Positions 30,703 through 40,564 of a stretch of 64,000 nucleotides of DNA are shown here, one piece after another. The DNA is from an uncultured delta proteobacterium. Its GTDB lineage: Bacteria > Myxococcota > Myxococcia > Myxococcales > Myxococcaceae. The position numbers were made by a program, and so were the translations under genes. The notes under the pieces were generated by a model. The model was not told the origin of the DNA and did not search any database. It saw nothing but the letters and a program-made list of their open reading frames with translations. Within the stretch, counting starts at the first letter, position 1, and the number at the start of each line of letters is the position of its first letter. The DNA lies in the NCBI GenBank assembly GCA_963771175.1, contig CAVYSY010000003.1, forward strand, positions 1-64,000. The letters are read 5' to 3'.

Positions 30703-31329
30703 CTAGCCGAACGTCACGTTCATCAGCTTCACGATGGGCTCGTCCCCGTAGAAGTCGAGGATGTTCACCGCCGCGTACCCCTGCTCCAGTCGGAACAGGT
30801 TGTCGTCCGGCATGCCCAGCGCCTCCGCCAGCAGCGTCCGGTTCACCCCGCCGTGCGACACCAGCACGAACGTCTCCCCGGCGTGCCGCGTCCGCAGCAT
30901 CCGTCCCGCCGCCCTCACCCGCTCGCGCATCTCCGGGTAGCTCTCCCCTCCGGGGAACCGCACTCGCGTCGGATGCGCCATCCACTCCGCGTAGACCTCC
31001 GGATAGCGCTTCTCCGCCTCCTCGTACGTGAGCCCCTCGAAGAGACCGAAGTCGATCTCCCGGAAGGACTCCTCCGAGTCCACCGACATCCCCTTCAACT
31101 CCGCCAGGGGCGTCGCGCTCTCCAGCGCCCGCCGACGCGGGCTCGTGTAGATGCGCAACAGCGGCGCCTCGGCCAGGAAGCGCGCGGCCCGCTCCGCCTG
31201 CAGCCGCCCCGTCGAGGACAGGCCCACGTCCAGCCGCCCGTAGCACCGCCCCCGCACCTCCTCCACCGGCTGGCCGTGCCGCACCAGCACCATCCGCGTC
31301 ACACCCTTCGGGAGTCTCCAGTCCATCAT
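30703..31329 (-). CDS. cobC: Histidine phosphatase, alpha-ribazole phosphatase-like
   Basis: RHG, EIDFG, SHGG; overlaps cobS. Confidence 0.8.
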   Translation of the reverse strand: MMDWRLPKGVTRMVLVRHGQPVEEVRGRCYGRLDVGLSSTGRLQAERAARFLAEAPLLRIYTSPRRRALESATPLAELKGMSVDSEESFREIDFGLFEGLTYEEAEKRYPEVYAEWMAHPTRVRFPGGESYPEMRERVRAAGRMLRTRHAGETFVLVSHGGVNRTLLAEALGMPDDNLFRLEQGYAAVNILDFYGDEPIVKLMNVTFG

Positions 31330-32078
31330 GTCCCCCCCTCCCCCACCCCGAGCAGCACCACGAACACCAGCACCTCGCAGACCTCTGTGTTCGCACCCAT
31401 CGTGTCTCCTGTAATCCCCCCAATCTTCTTCAGGCACCATGCGCCCTGGAGCGCCGACACCGCGGCCACTCCGGCCAGCGCCACGCCCCCGCGCCACCCG
31501 AGCAGTCCCAGCGCGAGCCCCAGCGCCAGCAGCGTCGCCCCCACCCACTCCGTCCACCCCACGTGGTCCGTGATGGCCGAGCCCAGCCCTCCCGAGCGCC
31601 GCGCGTACGGCAGGAACCGCCCCAGGAACACCGAGGCCCACCGGCCCAGCGCCGGCGCCACCACCAACGCCTCGTCCGCCCGGCCCCGCTCGAGCAGCGC
31701 CGCCAGGGCGCTCGCCTTCACTCCCACCGCCAGCAGCAGCGCCACCGCCCCGTACGCACCGATGAGGTGGTCGCGCATGATGCGCAACACGTCCTCCTTC
31801 GTGTGCCCTCCGCCGAAGCCGTCCGCCATGTCCGCCAGGCCGTCCAGGTGCAGCGCCCCCGTGAGCAGCGCCCCCACGGCCAACAGCAGGAAGGAGGCCA
31901 CCATGGCGGGCAGCGCCGGGTAGAGCGCGTGGCTCAGCAGCACCAGCACCATGCCCAACAGCGCGCCCACCACGGGGAACGTCAACGTCGCGCGGCCCAC
32001 GTCCGCGGCGTCGAACGTGGCCGCCCCTGGCACGGGGATTCGGCTGAGGAATGCGATGCCGGCGAACAGGCGCCTCAT
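31326..32078 (-). CDS. cobS: Adenosylcobinamide-GDP ribazoletransferase
   Basis: FLSRIP, TGALHLDGLADMADG, IMRD, GGITGDTMGA. Confidence 0.95.
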   Translation of the reverse strand: MRRLFAGIAFLSRIPVPGAATFDAADVGRATLTFPVVGALLGMVLVLLSHALYPALPAMVASFLLLAVGALLTGALHLDGLADMADGFGGGHTKEDVLRIMRDHLIGAYGAVALLLAVGVKASALAALLERGRADEALVVAPALGRWASVFLGRFLPYARRSGGLGSAITDHVGWTEWVGATLLALGLALGLLGWRGGVALAGVAAVSALQGAWCLKKIGGITGDTMGANTEVCEVLVFVVLLGVGEGGT

Positions 32079-32143
32079 GGGGGAGGCGCCTCATGCCACG
32101 TTTTCGCCCGGATGGCATCAGCACTCGACGCTGGGACAGGGCG

Positions 32144-32914
32144 TTAGCGCTTCCCGCCCACCTGCGCCGACATCCTCGACCAGGCCTGCGCCAGGGCCGC
32201 GTCGAGCCTGTCCCAGGGCACCCACCGCCCCGCGAACAGTCCCAGGAGGACCCCCAACACCAGGAGGCGGCCTCCCCTCCCACGTCCACGCGCCCGAGCC
32301 GCCGGGCCCCTCGGCGCCGAGGCCTGGGCCTGCTCGGGCCCGGCCAACTGCTCGTCCAGCACGAGCACCCGCACCTTGATGCCGCCCGAGATGAGGGCAT
32401 TCACCAGGTCCTCCAGGAAGCGCGCGTAGTGCTCCGGGGAGAGGTCCAGCTCCGTGCCATGGTGGGACTCGAACCGCCGGGCCGCCGACTCGTAGCTGCG
32501 AAGCTGCGCCTCCCCCTTCGCGGTGTCCACCCAGCCGCAGATGACCGAGGGCGCCGAGCCCTCCCGCGCCACGAGCGAGATGGTCTGCCGGGCCAGGCGC
32601 CCTCCCGCCGTGCTGGGGCCCTCGGGCTCGTCGACGCGCAGCACCCGGTACGGCGCCCGGCCGAAGAAGCGCCGCGAGAACTTGTCCCGCAAGAGGTCGG
32701 CAATCAGGAACGCCCGGGACGAGAACGCCGTGAGCAGCGGCTCCGGCTCCTCCGTCCGGGGCCTCCCCAGCTTGCCCGTCGGGTCATCATCGAGGGGCGC
32801 CAGCCGCGTCTGCTCCGTCGCTGGCGCGGCCCAGGACGACTCCGACTCGTCCTCTTCCAGGGAGGAGAAATCGAGCTTCCTCGCGCGCCCGAGGTTCTTC
32901 TTCCTGTCAGCCAT
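32144..32914 (-). CDS. Hypothetical protein with C-terminal TM
   Basis: 256-aa ORF with upstream GGAG, co-oriented with cobS. Confidence 0.7.
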   Translation of the reverse strand: MADRKKNLGRARKLDFSSLEEDESESSWAAPATEQTRLAPLDDDPTGKLGRPRTEEPEPLLTAFSSRAFLIADLLRDKFSRRFFGRAPYRVLRVDEPEGPSTAGGRLARQTISLVAREGSAPSVICGWVDTAKGEAQLRSYESAARRFESHHGTELDLSPEHYARFLEDLVNALISGGIKVRVLVLDEQLAGPEQAQASAPRGPAARARGRGRGGRLLVLGVLLGLFAGRWVPWDRLDAALAQAWSRMSAQVGGKR

Positions 32915-33038
32915 GCACAGCTCCCTTCCACGGTTCCGAGCGCGGCAGGATAGGGGCCCCGAGCCATTCCTCGCGACAGGCCTTCAATCCAAGCATTGCC
33001 TGATACACATGTGAACGGGTGTCTCCAGCCCATCCGCT

Positions 33039-33082
33039 ATAGCAGATGAAGTTCTTGACAAGAAGAGGCGCTCGCGCACTGT
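33039..33082 (+). promoter_or_regulatory. Putative promoter/operator, copy 1
   Basis: ATAGCAGATG-N5-CTTGACAAG containing -35 TTGACA; weak -10 CACTGT. Confidence 0.55.
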
Positions 33083-33168
33083 CGGCTTGAAGGCTGACAC
33101 AGTGTTTCTCAGTAGGTTCTCGAATCCCCGGACGTCTCGCGGGCCCTTCCCCGTTACGAGGTGTCATC

Positions 33169-34446
33169 TTGGAAAACCCTATCTGGATGCTGGCCGCCGG
33201 CTGGCTCGCCCTCCCCGGCCCCGTGTGGGCGCAGCAGGCCACGGGAGACGAGAAGGAGGCGGCCGTCGTCAGCGCCGGGCCGGAGGGCTTCACCCTGTCG
33301 TCCCCCGACAAGCAGTTCCAGCTCAAGCTGCGCGGCTACGTCCAGGCGGACGGCCGGCTCTTCACGAGTGGCAAGGACCGGCCCGGGGGCAACACCTTCC
33401 TCATCCGGCGTGCCCGCCCCATCCTCGAGGGCACCCTCTTCGGATGGCTCGACTTCCGCCTGATGCCGGACTTTGGGAGTGGCACGACGGTCCTCCAGGA
33501 CGCGTACATGGACCTCCGCCCCCTGCCCGAGCTGCGGCTGCGCGTAGGCAAGTACAAGCCACCGGCGGGGCTCGAGCAGCTCCAGTCCGACACCCACATC
33601 GTCTTCGTCGAGCGCAACCTGCCCACCAACCTCGTCTCCAACCGGGATGAAGGCATCCAGGTCCACGGGGAGATTCTCGGGGGCGTGCTGACGTACGTGC
33701 TCGGAGCCTTCAACGGCACGCCCGACGATGCCAGCGTGGACTTCAACTTCGACGACAACGTGGACCTGGCGGGGCGCCTCTTCGCGCACCCGTTCCGCAA
33801 GAGCGCACTGCGGCCGCTCCAGGGACTCGGGTTCGGACTCGCGGCGAGCCGGGGCAGCCAGCACGGCTCGGCCACGAGTAGCGGCCTCGCGCCCTTCCGC
33901 ACCGTGGGACAGCAGGTCTTCTTCAGCTACCTCGTGAGCGCCACCACTCCGGCGGACACCGTCGTCGCCGATGGCGAGCACGTCCGGCTGATGCCCCAGG
34001 GCTACTATTACTGGGGACCGTTCGGCCTGCTCGCCGAGTACGTCTCCTCCGCGCAGGAGGTTCGGCGGGGCACCGAGCGCGCCCGGCTGAGGAACGAGGC
34101 GTGGCAGGTCCAGGCCTCCTACGTGCTCTTCGGCGGCAACGCCTCCTTCGAGGGAGTCCGGCCGACGCGCGCCGTGAAGCCCTCGGAGGGCAGCTGGGGC
34201 GCCGTCGAGCTCGCCGCTCGCTACGCCGAGCTGCACATCGACTCCGACGCCTTCCCCCTCTTCGCGGACCCCAGCCGCTCGGCCCGCGTGGCGAAGGACC
34301 TGGGCGCCGCCCTCAACTGGTACCTGGGCGGCAACTCCCGCATCGCCCTCAGCCTGGAGCGGACCACCTTCGAGGGCGGCGCCGCGGACGGGGGCGACCG
34401 GCCCACGGAGGTCGTCCTGTTCAACCGCTTCCAGGCGAGCTGGTGA
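33169..34446 (+). CDS. OprO/OprP family anion-selective porin
   Basis: LRGYVQAD, IRRARP, RVGKYK, GAVELAARY; terminal W; adjacent to sulfate ABC genes. Confidence 0.88.
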   Translation: MENPIWMLAAGWLALPGPVWAQQATGDEKEAAVVSAGPEGFTLSSPDKQFQLKLRGYVQADGRLFTSGKDRPGGNTFLIRRARPILEGTLFGWLDFRLMPDFGSGTTVLQDAYMDLRPLPELRLRVGKYKPPAGLEQLQSDTHIVFVERNLPTNLVSNRDEGIQVHGEILGGVLTYVLGAFNGTPDDASVDFNFDDNVDLAGRLFAHPFRKSALRPLQGLGFGLAASRGSQHGSATSSGLAPFRTVGQQVFFSYLVSATTPADTVVADGEHVRLMPQGYYYWGPFGLLAEYVSSAQEVRRGTERARLRNEAWQVQASYVLFGGNASFEGVRPTRAVKPSEGSWGAVELAARYAELHIDSDAFPLFADPSRSARVAKDLGAALNWYLGGNSRIALSLERTTFEGGAADGGDRPTEVVLFNRFQASW

Positions 34447-34475
34447 ACCGCCCTCCGCCATAGCGGACGTCCGTC

Positions 34476-34520
34476 ATAACGGATGTTCCGCTTGACAAGC
34501 GGATGAGCCCCGGGCACCTT
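34476..34520 (+). promoter_or_regulatory. Putative promoter/operator, copy 2
   Basis: ATAACGGATG-N5-CTTGACAAG; TTGACA-17-CACCTT. Confidence 0.55.
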
Positions 34521-34531
34521 GTGTCTCGTTC

Positions 34532-34612
34532 ATGCCCATCCCCCGCCACATGCACAGGCTGGTTTGTCGCTGTTGGCACCACGGGGTGGGCGCTCGCCCG
34601 CCGGAAGCCTGA
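34532..34612 (+). CDS. Putative Cys-sensing leader peptide
   Basis: MPIPRHMHRLVCRCWHHGVGARPPEA; two TGT codons; lies upstream of a hairpin and sbp. Confidence 0.65.
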   Translation: MPIPRHMHRLVCRCWHHGVGARPPEA

Positions 34613-34635
34613 GAGCTGACGGCCGCGTGTTCTGA

Positions 34636-34668
34636 AGAGCCCACCACCCGCGAGGGGCGGTGGGCTTT
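34636..34668 (+). terminator. Attenuator hairpin
   Basis: AGAGCCCACC-ACCC-GCGA-GGGGC-GGTGGGCTTT. Confidence 0.65.
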
Positions 34669-34729
34669 CGAGCTTCATGGGCCTGAAGCACCCCGGTACC
34701 TCGCGGTCACCTCATGCCCGAGGTACCGA

Positions 34730-35800
34730 ATGAAGTCGCTGAACCGTCGCACCACCGCCGCGCTGCTATCCGTGTTGCTGTCCGTCGTGCCCGCGCTGGG
34801 CGGCTGCTCGAAGCCGGCCAGCGCCCAGGGGGAGCCCGTCACCCTGCTCAACGTCTCGTACGACCCCACGCGCGAGCTCTACCAGGACTTCAACGCCGCC
34901 TTCGCGAAGCACTGGAAGGCGAAGACCGGGACGAAGCGTCACCATCAAGCAGTCGCACGGCGGCTCCGGCAAGCAGGCGCGCGCCGTCATCGACGGGCTG
35001 GAGGCCGACGTCGTGACGCTGGCGCTCGCCTACGACATCGACGCGCTCGCCGACAAGGCGCCAGCTCCTGCCCGAGGACTGGCAGACGCGCCTGCCGAAC
35101 AACAGCGCGCCGTACACCTCCACCATCGTCTTCGTGGTGCGCAAGGGCAACCCGAAGGGCATCCAGGACTGGGACGACCTCGCGCGGCCCGGCGTCGCGG
35201 TCATCACGCCGAACCCGAAGACCTCCGGCGGCGCGCGCTGGAACTACCTGGCCGCCTGGGGCTACGCGCTGCGCGAAGGCCGGCGGCGACGAGGCGAAGG
35301 CGCGGGAGTTCGTCGCCAGCCTCTTCAAGAACGTGCCGGTGCTCGACTCCGGGGCGCGCGGCTCCACCACCACCTTCGCCGAGCGCGGCATCGGCGACGT
35401 GCTCATCGCCTGGGAGAACGAGGCGCTCCTCGCTCACGAAGGAGGTGGGCAAGGACCAGTTCGAGATCGTCGTCCCCTCGGTGAGCATCCTCGCCGAGCC
35501 GCCGGTGGCCGTCGTGGACAAGGTACGTCGACAAGCACGGCACGCGCGCCGTGGCGGAGGCCTACCTCGCAGTTCCTCTACTCCGACGGAGGGCCAGGAG
35601 ATCGCGGCGAAGCACTACTTCCGCCCGCGCTCGCCAGACGGTCGCCGCGAGGCACGCCAGCCAGTTTCCCCAGCGTGCAGCCTCTTCACCATCGACGAGG
35701 TGTTCGGCGGCTGGGCGCAAGGCGCAGAAGGCGCACTTCGACGACGGCGGCATCTTCGACCAGCTCTATCAGCCGAGGCGCGGTAGCCCGGGAGCCACGT
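34730..35800 (+). CDS. sbp: Sulfate ABC substrate-binding protein (multiple frameshifts; end approximate)
   Basis: [53 protein letters not shown]. Confidence 0.92.
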
Positions 35801-35801
35801 C

Positions 35802-36647
35802 ATGCAGGCGAGCGCGCACTGCGTCCTGCCGGGCTTCGGCCTGACGCTCGGCGTCACGCTGGCTCTACCTCGGGCCTCGTCGTCCTGCTGCCGCTGGCCG
35901 GACTCTTCCTCAAGACCGTCACGCTCACGCTGGGCGCAGTTCTGGGCGACCGTGACCTCGCCGCGAGCGCTCGCCGCGTACCGGCTCAGCTTCGGCGCGG
36001 CGCTTCGTCGCGGCGCTCGTCAACGCCGTCTTCGGGCTGCTCGTCGCCTGGGTGCTCGTGCGCTACCGCTTCCCGGGCCGCGGCGCTCGTCGACGCGCTG
36101 GTCGATCTGCCCTTCGCCCTGCCCACGGCGGTCGCCGGCATCACGCTCACGGCCCTCTACTCCCAGAACGGGTGGATCGGGCAGTACCTCGAGCCGCTCG
36201 GGCTCAAGGTCGCCTTCACGCCGCTCGGCGTCGTGGTGGCGCTCACCTTCGTCGGCCTGCCCTTCGTGGTGCGCACCGTCCAGCCCGTGCTGGAGGAGCT
36301 CGACGCGGACGTCGAGGAGGCCGCCGCCACGCTCGGGGCCACGCCGCTGGCAGACCTTCACGCCGCGTCCTCTTCCCCAGCGTGCTGCCCGCGCTGCTCA
36401 CCGGCTTCACGCTGGCCTTCGCCCGAGCCATCGGCGAGTACGGCTCCGTCATCTTCATCTCCGGCAACATGCCCATGCAGGACGGAGATCGCCCCGCTGC
36501 TCATCGTCACCAGGCTCGAGCAGTACGACTACGCCGGCGCGACGGCCATCGCCGGTGGTGATGCTCGCGGTCTCGTTCGCGCTGCTGCTCGCCGTCAACG
36601 TCCTCCAGCGCTGGAGCCACCGCCGCTTCGAGGCCCGGCCCGGATAG
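35802..36647 (+). CDS. cysT: Sulfate ABC permease CysT (frameshifted)
   Basis: [45 protein letters not shown]. Confidence 0.92.
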   Translation: MQASAHCVLPGFGLTLGVTLALPRASSSCCRWPDSSSRPSRSRWAQFWATVTSPRALAAYRLSFGAALRRGARQRRLRAARRLGARALPLPGPRRSSTRWSICPSPCPRRSPASRSRPSTPRTGGSGSTSSRSGSRSPSRRSASWWRSPSSACPSWCAPSSPCWRSSTRTSRRPPPRSGPRRWQTFTPRPLPQRAARAAHRLHAGLRPSHRRVRLRHLHLRQHAHAGRRSPRCSSSPGSSSTTTPARRPSPVVMLAVSFALLLAVNVLQRWSHRRFEARPG

Positions 36648-36654
36648 GAGTCCC

Positions 36655-37508
36655 ATGCACCCGACCTCGCTCACGCCGCGCCGAGACAGGCGCACCGTCT
36701 CCGGGTCAGCGCCCGTGCGCTGGCTGCTCATCGGCGTGGCGCTCCTCTTCCTCGGGGTCTTCCTCGTCGTCCCGCTGGTGGCCGTCTTCGCGCTACGCCC
36801 TGCAGAAGGGCGTGGGCGCGTACCTCGCGGCCATCCAGGAGCCCGAGTCCCTCGTCGGCCATCCGCCTCACGCTGCTGACCGCCGCCGATCGCCGTGCCG
36901 CTCAACCTGGTCTTCGGGCTCGCCGCCGCGTGGCTCATCGCCAAGTTCCACTTCCCCGGCCAGAGACGTGCTCCTCACGCTCATCGACCTGCCCTTCAGC
37001 GTCTCGCCCGTCATCGCGGGGCTCGTCTTCGTCCTGCTCTTCGGCCGGCAGGGGTGGCTCGGACCGTGGCTCGCCGACAGGGACATCCACATCATCTTCG
37101 CCGTGCCCGGCATCGTGCTGGCCACGGTGTTCGTCACGTTCCCCTTCGTCGCGCGCGAGGTGCTGCCCGTCATGCAGGCGCAGGGCAACGACGAGGAGGA
37201 GGCCGCCCTGTCACTCGGCGCGAGCGGCTGGCAGCACCTTCCTGCGCGTGACGCTGCCGAAGGTGAAGTGGGGCGTGCTCTACGGTGTGCTGCTGTGCAA
37301 CGCGCGCGCGATGGGCGAGTTCGGCGCCGTCTCGGTCGTCTCCGGGCACGTGCGCGGAGTGACGAACACGCTGCCGCTGCACGTCGAGATTCTCTACAAC
37401 GAGTACAACTTCGCCGGTGCCTTCGCCGTGGCCTCGCTGCTCACGTTGCTCGCACTGGTGACCCTGGCCGCGAAGAAGTACGTCGAGTGGAGGGCCGAGG
37501 CCCCATGA
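36655..37508 (+). CDS. cysW: Sulfate ABC permease CysW (frameshifted)
   Basis: [38 protein letters not shown]. Confidence 0.92.
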
Positions 37509-38566
37509 GCGTCATCGTCGAGCAGCTCACCAAGCGCTTCACCACCGGGGGCACGCCCGCCGTCTCGGATGTGTCGTTCCACGCCCCGTCCGGAGCCATC
37601 ACCACCCTGCTCGGGCCCTCGGGGGCGGGCAAGTCCACCCTCCTGCGCCTCATCGCCGGGCTCGAGCATCCGGACTCCGGTTCCGTCCACATCGAGGGCG
37701 TGGACTGTACGTATCTGCCCGTGCAGAAGCGCGGCATCGGCGTCGTCTTCCAGAGCTACGCGCTCTTCAAGCACATGACGGTGCGGCAGAACGTCGCCTT
37801 CGGGCTGGAGACGCGCCGGCTGCCCCGCGCCGAGATGGAGGCGCGCGTGGACGAGATGCTGCGCCTGGTGCAGCTCGAGGAGCTGGGAAAGCGCTACCCC
37901 GGGCAGCTCTCCGGCGGACAGCGGCAGCGCGTGGCCTTCGCCCGGGCGCTCGCCATCCGTCCCAAGCTGCTGCTGCTCGACGAGCCCTTCGGGGCGCTCG
38001 ACAGCCGCGTGCGCGTCGAGCTGCGCGAGTGGCTCCAGTCCCTCCACGAGCAGACGGGCGTCACCACGCTGCTCGTCACCCATGACCAGGAGGAGGCGCT
38101 CGAGATCTCCCAGCACGTGGTGGTGATGTCCGAGGGGCGCGTGGCCCAGGCCGGGCCGCCCGAGGACATCTATGACAGGCCGGCCACGCCGTTCGTCGCC
38201 TCCTTCGTGGGCGGCACCAGCGTCCTGCGCGGACGCGTCCAGTCGGGCCGGGCCCAGATGGGAACACTCGTCGTGGCGGCGCCCGACAGTGCCCGTGAGG
38301 GCGAGGCGGTCCACGCGTTCGTCCGTCCGCACGACATCAAGCTCGCCAGGCCCGCCAACGGCTCCACCGCGCTCACCACGGGCCGTGTCGAGCGGCTGAA
38401 GTCCGTGGGTGGCTACGTGAAGGTGTTGCTCAAGCTCCCCTCCGGAGAGACGGTCACCGTCGAGGTGCCCCGCGCCGAGTTCGACGACCTGGGCGTCGTC
38501 GAGGGCGACCACGTCCACGCGGACGTGCGCATGGCCAAGGTGTTCCTGGGCGACTTCGCCATCTGA
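37505..38566 (+). CDS. cysA: Sulfate ABC ATP-binding protein CysA
   Basis: [31 protein letters not shown]-terminal TOBE-like domain. Confidence 0.93.
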   Translation: MSVIVEQLTKRFTTGGTPAVSDVSFHAPSGAITTLLGPSGAGKSTLLRLIAGLEHPDSGSVHIEGVDCTYLPVQKRGIGVVFQSYALFKHMTVRQNVAFGLETRRLPRAEMEARVDEMLRLVQLEELGKRYPGQLSGGQRQRVAFARALAIRPKLLLLDEPFGALDSRVRVELREWLQSLHEQTGVTTLLVTHDQEEALEISQHVVVMSEGRVAQAGPPEDIYDRPATPFVASFVGGTSVLRGRVQSGRAQMGTLVVAAPDSAREGEAVHAFVRPHDIKLARPANGSTALTTGRVERLKSVGGYVKVLLKLPSGETVTVEVPRAEFDDLGVVEGDHVHADVRMAKVFLGDFAI

Positions 38567-38586
38567 GCCCGAATGGATTGCTCGGC

Positions 38587-39654
38587 TCAGCGCATGGGCG
38601 ATGGCCTGTCCGTCACGCCCGCCTCGGTGAACGTGGCCATGTCGTGCAACACCGCCAGCGCCGCATCCACCAGGAAGAAGGCCAGCGCCGCGCCACTGCC
38701 CTCGCCCAGGCGCAGCCCCAGGTCCAGCAACGGCCGCTGTCCCAGCTCCTCCAGCACCCGCATGTGCCCCACCTCCACCGAGAGGTGGCTCGCCAGCAGG
38801 TACGGCTTCACCCCCGGGCACAGCCGCACCGCCACCAGCCCCGCCACCGAGGCGATGAACCCGTCCAGCATCACCGGCACCCGCCTCGATGCCGCGCCCA
38901 GCGCCACGCCCGCGAGGCCGGCGATCTCGAAGCCGCCCACCTTCGCCAGCGCGTCCAGCGGCTCGCCCGCCTCGGGCCGGTTCACCTCCAGCCCCCGCCG
39001 CACCGCCGCCACCTTCCGCGCGAGCCCCGCGTCGTCCACCCCCGTCCCCCGCCCCACCACCTCCTCGGGCGACAGCCCCGTGAAGACGCACGTCAGCGCG
39101 CTCGAGGCCGTCGTGTTGCCAATCCCCATATCCCCCAGCCCCACCAACCCCACGCCCTCCTCCACCAATCCCCACGCCACCTCCACCCCCACGTCCAGCG
39201 CCGCCTCCGCCGCCTCGCGCGTCATCGCCGGCCCCCGCGTGAAGTTCGCCGTCCCCGGCCCCATCCGCCGCACCTTCACTCCCCCCAGCCCCTCCACCGG
39301 GTGACGCACGCCCATGTCCACCACCTCCACCCGCGCCCCCACCTGCCGCGCCAGCACGTTGATGGCCGCCCCTCCCCGCGCGAAGTTCGCCACCATCTGC
39401 CCCGTCACCTCCGCCGGGTACGCGCTCACTCCCTCCTCCACCACCCCGTGGTCCGCCGCCATGACCACCACCGCCTTGGCCGGCATGGCCGGCGAGGGCT
39501 TGCCCGTCATGGCGGCGAGCCGGCAGGCCAGCTCCTCCAGCCTCCCGAGGCTCCCTCGTGGCTTCGTCTTCGCGTCCAGCAGCGCCTGACAGCGAGCGGC
39601 CACTCCAGCGTCCGGCTCGGGGAGGGAGGACAGGAGGGAACGGTACGAGGGCAT
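38587..39654 (-). CDS. cobT: Nicotinate-nucleotide-dimethylbenzimidazole phosphoribosyltransferase
   Basis: KPRGSLGRLE, AADHGV, GDMGIGNTT, LRLGEGSG. Confidence 0.95.
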   Translation of the reverse strand: MPSYRSLLSSLPEPDAGVAARCQALLDAKTKPRGSLGRLEELACRLAAMTGKPSPAMPAKAVVVMAADHGVVEEGVSAYPAEVTGQMVANFARGGAAINVLARQVGARVEVVDMGVRHPVEGLGGVKVRRMGPGTANFTRGPAMTREAAEAALDVGVEVAWGLVEEGVGLVGLGDMGIGNTTASSALTCVFTGLSPEEVVGRGTGVDDAGLARKVAAVRRGLEVNRPEAGEPLDALAKVGGFEIAGLAGVALGAASRRVPVMLDGFIASVAGLVAVRLCPGVKPYLLASHLSVEVGHMRVLEELGQRPLLDLGLRLGEGSGAALAFFLVDAALAVLHDMATFTEAGVTDRPSPMR

Positions 39655-39801
39655 GTGAACTCCCGGGGAAACAGACCGAGCGCCCTAGCCGGACCTGGTT
39701 CACCAGACAATGGGTTTTCCACCCGGGTGGGACCCAAACATACTATGTGTCCAAATTTAGGATGGGCGACAGAGAGGTAGAAGTTGGAGGACACTGTAGA
39801 A

Positions 39802-40398
39802 ATGAAGCCAATCGATGAGGCCGGCGAGCCGACCTCTCCGGAAAAAGGCAAGGGTCCCGCCCTCGGCGAAGTGCTGGAGTTCATGCGCCTGCTGTGGGCA
39901 GTGGATCATGGCCTGCAATCCACCTCGAAACGCATGGAGTCCTCGCTCGGGCTGACCGGTCCGCAGCGACTGGTGCTGCGCCTCGTGGGCCGCTTCCCCG
40001 GCATCACCGCGGGCCGGCTCGCGCAGATCATGCACGTGCACCCGAGCACCCTCACCGGAGTGCTCAAGCGGATGGAGAAGCGCGGCCTGCTGGAGCGCAA
40101 GTCGGATCCGCTCGACGGGCGCAAGGCCCTCTTCCTCCTCACCGATGCGGGACGCGCGCTGGACGTGCCCTCCCCCGGCACCGTGGAGGCCGCCGTGCAG
40201 CGGGCCATCTCCCGCATGTCGCGCGCGCGCATCGTCGGCGCCCAGGACGTGCTCACCGCGCTCGCCGAGGAGTTGGGTGCCGGAGAGCCGAACAACCACC
40301 CCAACGGCACCGGGCCCGGGGAAGGCGAGGCGGAGCACGTGGTGCTGACGGCGGATGACGACCAGACAGACGCCTCGCGAAAGACCGCCAGCCGCTGA
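39802..40398 (+). CDS. MarR family regulator
   Basis: LTGPQ...STLTGVLKRMEKRGLLER...DGR...LT. Confidence 0.9.
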   Translation: MKPIDEAGEPTSPEKGKGPALGEVLEFMRLLWAVDHGLQSTSKRMESSLGLTGPQRLVLRLVGRFPGITAGRLAQIMHVHPSTLTGVLKRMEKRGLLERKSDPLDGRKALFLLTDAGRALDVPSPGTVEAAVQRAISRMSRARIVGAQDVLTALAEELGAGEPNNHPNGTGPGEGEAEHVVLTADDDQTDASRKTASR

Positions 40399-40564
40399 AC
40401 CCCTCCGCCTCCCGGAGACCGTCCAAGCTTCCACCGGCGGACACCCGGGAGCGGAAGGCGCCCGCCCGGACAGCGGCGGGACGCGCCGCGCGCTCGGGCC
40501 TGCTACAGATTTGGAATAGGTGACCCGGTCGTGGGTTGCCACACGACCGAGCGGACGTGACAGC

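Noticed and set aside
34520..34680. SAM-I riboswitch upstream of sbp
   Set aside because: No ATC..GAG / GCAACC / GTGC core recognised; a leader ORF plus hairpin explains it better
34730..38566. 1278-aa sbp-cysT-cysW-cysA fusion ORF
   Set aside because: Artefact of frameshifts; the motifs of four separate genes move between frames
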